34,771 nt of DNA from contig JBHLRQ010000016.1 in the NCBI GenBank assembly GCA_048882385.1, positions 1 to 34,771 of the forward strand, written 5' to 3'. The notes below the pieces were generated by a model. The model had not been told where the DNA came from and did not search any database. It saw nothing but the letters and a program-made list of their open reading frames with translations. Made by a program: the position numbers and the translations under genes. Below, in pieces: positions 18,998 to 26,720 of the stretch. The stretch's first letter is position 1. Each line of letters starts with the position of its first letter. Source of the DNA: Candidatus Thorarchaeota archaeon (lineage in GTDB: Archaea > Asgardarchaeota > Thorarchaeia > Thorarchaeales > Thorarchaeaceae).

Positions 18998-20317
18998 ATG
19001 CAGGTATTACTTCCTAGTGCAGAATTGGTTGTCAAGATTCTACTAGGATTTGTTGTTGGCGCGCTCATCGGACTCGAAAGACAGAAAAAAATGGAATCCG
19101 AAAGAGTTGCAGGAGTTAGATCATTTGGTCTTCATAGCCTTTTAGGAACATTGACTGCATATGCCTATGAGATTCTCAGTGAGCCCGTAATTCTTGTCTA
19201 TGCAATTGTGATTTCAGGAATCTTGGTTGCCACCCAGATATATTACAAAATGTTCCGCACAATGGGAAGAGGTCTGACCACTCCACTTGTTTTTGCAATC
19301 TCGTTTGTGCTAGGAGTTCTTGTTGGTCTTGATATTCCTGCAGAGGGGCAATATATTGGAACCCTCGGAGTCTTCGCAATGACCGTATCATTCGGGGTGT
19401 TTCTAGTCCTTAGTTTTAAAGAGGAGCTTGCTCATGCTGTTGAAGTAATAACAAGAGATGAAATGATTAGCGCAGTAGAGTTGGGTGTCATCATTTTGTT
19501 CTTGTGGCCAATAATTCCACAAACAGTTCAAATTGGAATAATCGAGCTTCCATTATTTCAGATCTACCTTCTAATTGTCATTCTACTAGGTGTAAGCTTT
19601 GCCAACTATCTGTTAGTCAAGAAATACAAGGATCGTGGAGTCTACTTCTTTGGTCTATTTGGAGGATTAGCGAATAGTGAAGCTGCTGTTTCAAGTGTAA
19701 CTGATTTCTATGTCAAATCGGAAAGAAAAGGTATAGGGCGAATCTCGGGATCTGTACTTCTAGCGAATGTTGCCATGGTCCTACGAAATGGATTCCTACT
19801 GCTGCTGATTGATTGGACTTTCTTTCTCTTTCGGTTGTACTTGATTCCAATTGCTATTCTGTTGGTAGCAAGTATGACGAAATTGTTACTGGAGAGTAGA
19901 AAGCAAGGAAACCTTGGTGAGCCGATGTTTGACACCCGGCTTGTTTCCCCATTTGAGTTCGGACCAGCCCTTAGATTTGGAGCGATATTCACTGGAGTCT
20001 ATCTCGTTCAGCTAATCTTTACTGCAACTTTTAGTGACATTGGTTTGGTTGTGGCAGCGTTGATTGGTGGAATCGTTTCAGCAGGTGCAGTTGTGGCTAG
20101 CGCAGCTACATTGTTCGTTACCGGAGAAGTTACTTTGTCTATTGCAGCCAATGCAGTTATTATTGCCACTACAATGTCTGTTCTCAATAAAATGATCTAT
20201 GTATATTTGGCAGATCGAGAAACAACTTTATTGAGGACAGTTGCCCGTGATTCTGTAATTGTCGGAAGTCTCATCCTATTCTATCTTCTACTGCTATCAC
20301 TCGGACTTTTAGTATAG
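18998..20317 (+). CDS. MgtC/SapB-family membrane protein with DUF4010
   Basis: GALIGLERQ...AGVRSFGL, GLFGGLANS and SPFEFGPALRFG; start at 18965 or 18998. Confidence 0.88.
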   Translation: MQVLLPSAELVVKILLGFVVGALIGLERQKKMESERVAGVRSFGLHSLLGTLTAYAYEILSEPVILVYAIVISGILVATQIYYKMFRTMGRGLTTPLVFAISFVLGVLVGLDIPAEGQYIGTLGVFAMTVSFGVFLVLSFKEELAHAVEVITRDEMISAVELGVIILFLWPIIPQTVQIGIIELPLFQIYLLIVILLGVSFANYLLVKKYKDRGVYFFGLFGGLANSEAAVSSVTDFYVKSERKGIGRISGSVLLANVAMVLRNGFLLLLIDWTFFLFRLYLIPIAILLVASMTKLLLESRKQGNLGEPMFDTRLVSPFEFGPALRFGAIFTGVYLVQLIFTATFSDIGLVVAALIGGIVSAGAVVASAATLFVTGEVTLSIAANAVIIATTMSVLNKMIYVYLADRETTLLRTVARDSVIVGSLILFYLLLLSLGLLV

Positions 20318-20478
20318 TTACATATTGGTTTTTCAACACAAAACTTAAAGTTGAATAAACCAGACTCGCTGTTGGTGACAAATGTGATAGTTGGTGGATT
20401 TGTTCATCCAAATGAATAGTATTAGTGGAACCTCCATCAACTCCGCCTGCGACCCATACGAATTCTGGAGGAATTTCG

Positions 20479-21792
20479 ATGAGTGAGATGAGAACAGTCA
20501 GGGGTATGAGAGACCTCATGGGCCCTGAGATGCAAGTAAAGAATTACCTCATGGCTGTTGCTGTTGAGATCTTTGAGCTATATGGATATGAGCCCCTAGA
20601 CTCACCAGTTATGGAGCTCTGGGAAACATTGTCAGCAAAAGGCGGAGAAGAAGTCGAGGCTGAAACATTCAAGTTCACAGACAAAGGTGAGCGAGAGGTC
20701 GGATTACGTTTCGATCTTACAGTACCGCTCGCACGGATTGTCGCCACAAACCCACATTTACCAAAACCATTCAAACGGTATGCTCTTGGAAAAGCCTGGA
20801 GATATGACAGACCTCAAGCTGGACGCTACCGAGAATTTGAGCAAGCAGATGTGGACATAGTAGGAAGTGAAAGTCCTGCCGCTGATGCTGAAGTTGTCTT
20901 AATTGCACTAGAATTTCTTCAGAGGATTTTGGGCTCAGACTACATCATTAGAATCAATAACCGCAAGGTCCTTCGAGGTATGACAGAGAAGGCTGGGGTC
21001 TCTGATGAGCTTGCTTTCGAGTGCTTTCGAGCAATAGACAAACTAGACAAAATTGGTAAGGAAGGAGTTTTGAAAGAGCTCGACGAGAGGGGTATAGGAA
21101 AAGAGCAAAGCAGTTTCCTTATTGACGCCATAACAATCAAAGGTAAAGGAACGAAAATCCTTGAAAAATTCAGAGAGATTCTCAAAGGTTCTGATGTTGG
21201 AATTGAGGGTGTTGATGAACTTACTCTAATGGCAGAGATATTTGAAGAGAGTGGCGTATCAGATTGGATTGAGTTCGATATGTCGTTAGCTAGAGGTCTT
21301 GACTACTATACAGGTCCAGTCTTTGAAGGAAGATATCTTGGTCAACCAGTAGTAGGTTCAATCCTTGGTGGTGGTCGTTACGATCGTCTTATTGAGAAGT
21401 TTGGCGGTCAAGCAACCCCTGCAACTGGTGTCTCTCTGGGCATTGGAAGGATGATTGAGGTTGTTCTTACTAGAGGTACTGTAAAAGATCTGACGAAGCA
21501 ACTCGATGTCTTCATAGCTCCCATCAAACGTCCCATGTTGAAGTATGCCACCTCATTCCAGTCAAAACTCATTCAATTAGGTGTGTCCTGTGAGGTTGAT
21601 CTCATGGATAGGAATCTAAAGCGGCTCCTTCAACAGGCTGATTTAAAGAATGCTAAGTTTACCGTCATTGTTGGAGAGCGCGATATAGCTAAAGGAATGG
21701 TCAGTGTTCGAAATATGACTACAAAGGAAACCAAATCAGTCAAAATAGACGACTTAGTAAGTTATTTGCACGATGGTCTTGGTCAAGACTAG
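20479..21792 (+). CDS. hisS: Histidyl-tRNA synthetase
   Basis: VRGMRD, LRFDLTVPLAR, RYDRPQAGRYREFEQ, LARGLDYYTG and GGGRYD; GGAGG SD before ATG 20479. Confidence 0.97.
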   Translation: MSEMRTVRGMRDLMGPEMQVKNYLMAVAVEIFELYGYEPLDSPVMELWETLSAKGGEEVEAETFKFTDKGEREVGLRFDLTVPLARIVATNPHLPKPFKRYALGKAWRYDRPQAGRYREFEQADVDIVGSESPAADAEVVLIALEFLQRILGSDYIIRINNRKVLRGMTEKAGVSDELAFECFRAIDKLDKIGKEGVLKELDERGIGKEQSSFLIDAITIKGKGTKILEKFREILKGSDVGIEGVDELTLMAEIFEESGVSDWIEFDMSLARGLDYYTGPVFEGRYLGQPVVGSILGGGRYDRLIEKFGGQATPATGVSLGIGRMIEVVLTRGTVKDLTKQLDVFIAPIKRPMLKYATSFQSKLIQLGVSCEVDLMDRNLKRLLQQADLKNAKFTVIVGERDIAKGMVSVRNMTTKETKSVKIDDLVSYLHDGLGQD

Positions 21793-21807
21793 TAACGAGT
21801 TCTGACA

Positions 21808-21838
21808 GGTCTCTCTAGATGATACCTCTAGAGAGACC
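21808..21838 (+). terminator. Hairpin between hisS and the MEMO1 gene
   Basis: ggtctctctaga-tgatacc-tctagagagacc forms a perfect 12-bp stem; only a weak U-tract follows. Confidence 0.5.
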
Positions 21839-21882
21839 AAAGGCTTTTCTCATAGGATGCCTATGTTGTCCTCGGGATTACT

Positions 21883-22722
21883 ATGGTTCGAATGCCAGTT
21901 GTTGCGGGACGATTCTATGAAGGAAAAGAGGACCTATTGCAGGAGCGTTTGAAGAACTGTTTCTTGGGATCACTTGGTCCAGGTAGACTTCCTGAAGGAA
22001 CACCTGGATCCACTAGAGCACTCAAGGCTGCTATTGCTCCTCATGCTGGATACATGTATTCAGGAATGCCTGCAGCTCATACATACTTGAGTATCTTTGA
22101 TGATGGAATTCCAGAACACATTGTTATGCTGGGACCAAATCACACTGGAATCGGTGCCAGACTTGCTGTATGTAATGATGACTGGCAAACACCTCTAGGT
22201 ACAGTTCAATTTGATGGGGTATTAGGTGCGGCTATTGTTGAAGAGGACGAATATGCAACAAACGATTGTGTTGCACACAGCAACGAACACTCATTGGAAG
22301 TCCAAGTCCCCTTTCTTCAGTATACACTTGGACCAGGAATCAACTTTGTGCCAATTTGCATCTCAGATCAGTCTTATGCAGTATGTGAATCAATTGGATT
22401 GACATTGGCTAAACTAGCGGATGAGATGGATATTCTTGTTTTGGCGAGTTCAGACTTCACTCATTTTGAAACGGCAGAGAGTGCTCGAAAGAAAGACAAT
22501 CAGGCCATAGAATATCTTGATTTTCTTGATCCGGAGGGATTCCTTTCATTTGTGCAAGGACACCGAATCAGTATCTGTGGTGCAGGACCGATTGCTGCAG
22601 CGATGATTTTCGCAAAGGAAAGAGGAGCTTCTCAGTTCAGTGTCTTGAAATACACAACGTCGGGAGATATCACTAAAGATAACTCAAGTGTTGTAGCCTA
22701 TTTAGCAGCCACAATCAGATAG
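21883..22722 (+). CDS. MEMO1-family protein (AmmeMemoRadiSam protein B)
   Basis: VAGRFY, PHAGYMYSG, GPNHTG, EHSLEVQVPFLQ, SSDFTH and SICGAGP. Confidence 0.93.
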   Translation: MVRMPVVAGRFYEGKEDLLQERLKNCFLGSLGPGRLPEGTPGSTRALKAAIAPHAGYMYSGMPAAHTYLSIFDDGIPEHIVMLGPNHTGIGARLAVCNDDWQTPLGTVQFDGVLGAAIVEEDEYATNDCVAHSNEHSLEVQVPFLQYTLGPGINFVPICISDQSYAVCESIGLTLAKLADEMDILVLASSDFTHFETAESARKKDNQAIEYLDFLDPEGFLSFVQGHRISICGAGPIAAAMIFAKERGASQFSVLKYTTSGDITKDNSSVVAYLAATIR

Positions 22723-22732
22723 ACTCGATGTC

Positions 22733-23995
22733 TTAGTCCAATTGCTGATTAATTCCACGTGTGTCCTTGCTTGCAGATCCTGGTAGGAATACTGCTGCTA
22801 CAACTCCACCAGCGACCGATACACCACCAGCAAGAAGGAGACTGAATGCAGCTGAACCTGTGTCATCAAATATCTGACCACCTATTAGAGGACTTACAGC
22901 ATATGCACTGTTGCTCACAGCACCAAAAACACCCATCATTGTGCCATATGCACTCGGATCTGTGATGTCAGCTATCAGAGCCTGAATTGCAGGACCTCTC
23001 ATAGCCATACCAATTGAAAGGATAATCCCTGCAACTAAGAGAGCCATGGTATCTTGTGCAAGCATGAACATTCCCATCGCCAGCGCACCAATCATTGCGC
23101 CAATTACGATGAGCCACTTTCTTCCTCGGATATCAGAAAGTTTTCCAAACACTAGATTACCAACCATCATTGTTATGCCGATTACACCAAAGAAAATTCC
23201 TATTTCATATGGTTCAACACCGATATTGATCACAGCATCAAGCATAAACGCAACTTCTAAAATTCCCATTGCAAACATATTCGCAAACATTGCCACTCCT
23301 AATGCTCCGTAGCTTGCTCGCGCTCGTCCAATAATCTCGCGAATAGGCACCTTAGGCAGAGATTTTTTGATGGTCTTCTTGACTGGCTCTTGAACAAGTA
23401 TGTAAACAAGACCCATGGTGATTAATGTGGCAATTCCAGCAAGAATGAATGGCATCCGAAACCCTAGATATTGCGCCAAAAAGCCCCCAAGAGCAGGACC
23501 TACCACAAATCCTACCATGTTTCCCATGCTGAGATAACCCATGGCTGTTCCTCTGTTCTCAGGAGTTGTAACATCAGACACGAGTGCGTTGGCAGCTGGG
23601 AAAAATCCTGCAGAAACTGCTCCCTCAAGTGAACGTGCAGCTACCATCACAATGACATCATATGCATAGGCATAGACAATATTCGAGAATGCGAAACCAA
23701 GAAGCGAGATTATCAGAATAGGTTTCCGTCCTACTCGATCAGAAACATTTCCCATTGGACCTGCGAGGAGAATTCGAGCAATCGCAAATGAGGCAGCCAG
23801 AGCTCCGAGCTCAATTCCAGCCATTTCAAGTGATTCAATATAGAATGGAAATATCGGAGTGACGATGCCGAAACCGATCTGTAGTATACTGAGGGATATT
23901 GCCAACATCCAGACCTGATACATTCCTTGAATTTTGGTTTCTTCAGCCAAAACATCAGGTTCTATTGGCAATGCTACTTCGGTTTCAGGGTCCAT
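22733..23995 (-). CDS. MFS transporter (DHA1/TetA-like)
   Basis: Motif A twice (GNVSDRVGRK and GKLSDIRGRK); about 12 TM. Confidence 0.92.
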   Translation of the reverse strand: MDPETEVALPIEPDVLAEETKIQGMYQVWMLAISLSILQIGFGIVTPIFPFYIESLEMAGIELGALAASFAIARILLAGPMGNVSDRVGRKPILIISLLGFAFSNIVYAYAYDVIVMVAARSLEGAVSAGFFPAANALVSDVTTPENRGTAMGYLSMGNMVGFVVGPALGGFLAQYLGFRMPFILAGIATLITMGLVYILVQEPVKKTIKKSLPKVPIREIIGRARASYGALGVAMFANMFAMGILEVAFMLDAVINIGVEPYEIGIFFGVIGITMMVGNLVFGKLSDIRGRKWLIVIGAMIGALAMGMFMLAQDTMALLVAGIILSIGMAMRGPAIQALIADITDPSAYGTMMGVFGAVSNSAYAVSPLIGGQIFDDTGSAAFSLLLAGGVSVAGGVVAAVFLPGSASKDTRGINQQLD

Positions 23996-24058
23996 CTAAA
24001 AACACTCTATAGTTCGCAATCCCAACACCTTTTCAAGCTTCGTAATCAGGATTCTTAG

Positions 24059-24568
24059 CTACTTGTCAATGATGACTTTACGAACTCCTTTGATATCAGC
24101 GAGCGTTTCAATAACTTTGCCAGGAAGAGGATTTTGAGTGATGACCTTGAGACACGGTTCTTGATATATTGCAACATCTTCTGCAAGGACCTGTCTGATA
24201 GGAATTCCATAGCCAGCAATCATGGAGGTCACCTCAGATAGAATTCCCGGCGTTTCAGGAGAATCGACGAAAATGGTAACTACACCGTAACCAAGCACAT
24301 CTCGGACCTTTTCAAGCGAAGGTCCAGCTGGTCGGAGCAATGAAAAGAACTCACAGAGTCTTTCATCCTCACAGATATCCTCAGTAGTAGCTCTCACAGT
24401 TCTACGATCAATTCCTAAAGCAGTACCTAGTGACTTCAAAGGGATTCTAATGTCTCCACACTTTATCACTCCAGGACCTTCAATATGGAATCCGTGTCTT
24501 ACTATCGCCTCTGCAACCTTCAATCTTTGCGGAGACTCACTTAGGTAATCAACAATTGTTCGCCACAT
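24059..24568 (-). CDS. Archaeal ACT-domain regulator of amino-acid metabolism (COG2150-like)
   Basis: N-terminal HTH-like segment (ALGIDRRTV) and C-terminal ACT domain (PGILSEV...IRQ). Confidence 0.85.
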   Translation of the reverse strand: MWRTIVDYLSESPQRLKVAEAIVRHGFHIEGPGVIKCGDIRIPLKSLGTALGIDRRTVRATTEDICEDERLCEFFSLLRPAGPSLEKVRDVLGYGVVTIFVDSPETPGILSEVTSMIAGYGIPIRQVLAEDVAIYQEPCLKVITQNPLPGKVIETLADIKGVRKVIIDK

Positions 24569-24587
24569 GCTAGAGCACCTTGCTCTA

Positions 24588-25121
24588 TCATAATGATAGC
24601 TTATATTCCATTAGCACTTCGTCTATAAAGCCCTTCGGCATGTTGAAATGATTCTTACGAATGCCCACTTTGCGATAGCCAAGGGATTCGTAGAGTTGGA
24701 TCGCTATCTTGTTGTTTGCGAAAGTACTGAGAATTATTTTTGTGTATGCTTTTTTGGATGCAATAGAGTGACCAGAGAGCATGAGAGCTTTACCCACCCC
24801 AACACCGCGACACTCTTTTCTAACTATTACCCCAAGCTTTGCTACATGTTGAGAAGCCTGCCATTCTTCAGGTTGTAGTGAGAGGTGTCCTGCATACTCC
24901 CCCTCAATATGGGCAACAAGAAGCACCTCTCTATTTTGATTTGTTCGCTCAATCCAGTGAGTCCAGTCAGTCACGTGAGAATTGGGAGTGAATGTTGGAA
25001 ACCACATGTGTTCCTCAACAACTTCTTTGAAGCCTGAATGGAAATCTGGAGCATCATCTCTTATGGCTGTACGCACCGTTATTTGGCGACCATCTTTTGA
25101 CTGATACTCCCACGAGGTCAA
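24588..25121 (-). CDS. GNAT acetyltransferase
   Basis: CRGVGVGKALM, N..AIQLYESLGY and DEVLM. TTG 25121 follows an AGGTG SD, so it is preferred over 25190. Confidence 0.88.
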   Translation of the reverse strand: MTSWEYQSKDGRQITVRTAIRDDAPDFHSGFKEVVEEHMWFPTFTPNSHVTDWTHWIERTNQNREVLLVAHIEGEYAGHLSLQPEEWQASQHVAKLGVIVRKECRGVGVGKALMLSGHSIASKKAYTKIILSTFANNKIAIQLYESLGYRKVGIRKNHFNMPKGFIDEVLMEYKLSL

Positions 25122-25241
25122 ATTCCAAGCACCTGAAAAGGTGCGCCATGCAACAAGAAAAAGGCTTACGGTGTGACGAAAAACGCTCAAAACTATTGTA
25201 AGATCATCGGAATGTCGACTCTCTCACCAGGAAAACCAATC

Positions 25242-26213
25242 TTAACCACAAGTTTTGACATCCTGTTCAACTGTTTCATTTTGTTTTGAATTTCTGGTCA
25301 TGCCTGACCAAACAACGTTCGAGAGGCCTTCATCACGTGCAATCTGTGCAAGGTGTTCCATCGTTTCCTCAGAAACTAAGTCATAGTCTTTGAGTGGATA
25401 TTCCAAGTCAAATAGTGCATATTTGTCAATACACATTCTATTGAACGCAAGAAGATCGTACCGTTCAACATGCGGCATATTCTCAAGGATGAAACGAGCA
25501 ATTCCGCGAATATTGTTTTCATCATCAGTGTGTTCCGGTATAATTGGTGTTCGAATCCAAACAGGTTTCTTGCTTTCAGAAACAATCTTGGCATTCGAAA
25601 GAACTGTGTCAAGTGATACACCAGTAAACTCCTTGTGCTTGATGGGATCCATTTGCTTCAAATCGTATAAGACCATGTCAACATGAGGTAGAATATCTCT
25701 GAGAACTTTCTCGCTACAGTAGCCGCATGTGTCAAGTGCAACATGAATATCTGCTTTTTGCAGACTCTTTGCAAGTTCAATAGCAAAATCAGCTTGATAT
25801 GTTGCTTCTCCTCCTGAAAGTGTTACACCACCATTAGAAGTTTCGAAAAACACCTTATCACGAAGCAATTCTTGAACGAGGTCTTCCGAAGACCAAACCT
25901 TCCCCATTACTTTCACTGCACCTGTTGGGCATTTGTCTTCGCAAATTCCGCAAACAACACATTTCTCTCTATCAATCTTCAAGCCATCAGGAGTTAGTTC
26001 AAGGGCTTCTTCTGGACATGCTCTAACGCACGCCTCATCACCAATACACTTCACTGCGTACCAAACAATTGTTGACTTCGGATCAATTGCTTCTATATTG
26101 TGGCACCAAGTACACGACATTGGACAACCTTTGAAGAAGACTGTAGTCCTTATCCCTGGTCCATCCTCAGTCGAACACCTTTGGATATTGGTGATTATTC
26201 CAGACTTGGTCAT
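25242..26213 (-). CDS. Glycyl-radical-enzyme activating protein (radical SAM with a ferredoxin insert)
   Basis: DGPGIRTTVFFKGCPMSCTWCHN (CxxxCxxC), ferredoxin Cys clusters (CVVCGICEDKCP), GGVTLSGGE and DTCG. Confidence 0.93.
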   Translation of the reverse strand: MTKSGIITNIQRCSTEDGPGIRTTVFFKGCPMSCTWCHNIEAIDPKSTIVWYAVKCIGDEACVRACPEEALELTPDGLKIDREKCVVCGICEDKCPTGAVKVMGKVWSSEDLVQELLRDKVFFETSNGGVTLSGGEATYQADFAIELAKSLQKADIHVALDTCGYCSEKVLRDILPHVDMVLYDLKQMDPIKHKEFTGVSLDTVLSNAKIVSESKKPVWIRTPIIPEHTDDENNIRGIARFILENMPHVERYDLLAFNRMCIDKYALFDLEYPLKDYDLVSEETMEHLAQIARDEGLSNVVWSGMTRNSKQNETVEQDVKTCG

Positions 26214-26311
26214 TAGCGTGAGTGCTCCGTCCTAGTAATGATTTCTTCCTGTACTTCTCTGCTAACTTGCGTAAAGAATGCATTGTATCATGAAACTAGC
26301 ACTATAAGATT
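26213..26311 (-). pseudogene. C-terminal remnant of a glycyl radical enzyme (PFL-like) with an in-frame TGA
   Basis: Manual translation gives NLIVLVS*YNAFFTQVSREVQEEIITRTEHSR*, matching the GRE C-terminal consensus DLIVRV(S/A)GY.AYF..L....Q.EII.RT. Its TAA overlaps the activase ATG (TAATG). Confidence 0.85.
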
Positions 26312-26720
26312 TGAGTTGCAAATGACTGAATTTTGAGTCCTTTTTATTAGTATCCAAGGAGGATGGAGTGAGGGATTTGCATTAACAAATGAAGAAATAG
26401 AGAGATTTGGAAAAGAAGCGAAGGTCCAATTATGGTCGGGTAAAGGGTTCTTCTCTTGATGCTATCGTATCTTGTTGGTAGGGAATTGATATTCGTGTCA
26501 GATTTTGATTTGACTTTTGTTGCGTATTTGATCTTACTATTCTTCACAACCACAGGAGGGTATCTTCTAGTTAAGGGACTGCTTCATATAGTGAATGATT
26601 CGAGTCGTGATTAATTGATTCAGGTACGACCATGCAACTGGCGCTAGCCTTAAAAGCAGTCCCAGTCCTCTGGCCCCATCCGCCCGAAGAGAGATTACTG
26701 GGTATCAGGAAGGCTCTAGA

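Noticed and set aside
20360-20478. Canonical T-box riboswitch call
   Set aside because: UGGAACC is present, but the discriminator does not fit tRNA-His and Stem I and the antiterminator cannot be built. Kept only as a putative switch.
616-21838. Hairpins as a REP/MITE repeat family
   Set aside because: Stem sequences are unrelated to each other and I see no target-site duplications.
26288-26290. TGA recoded as Gly or Sec to give a functional glycyl-radical peptide
   Set aside because: TGA ends normal-length genes in this window (10142, 13645, 34675). The adjacent Arg is also lost, there is no in-frame ATG upstream, and I see no SECIS-like element.
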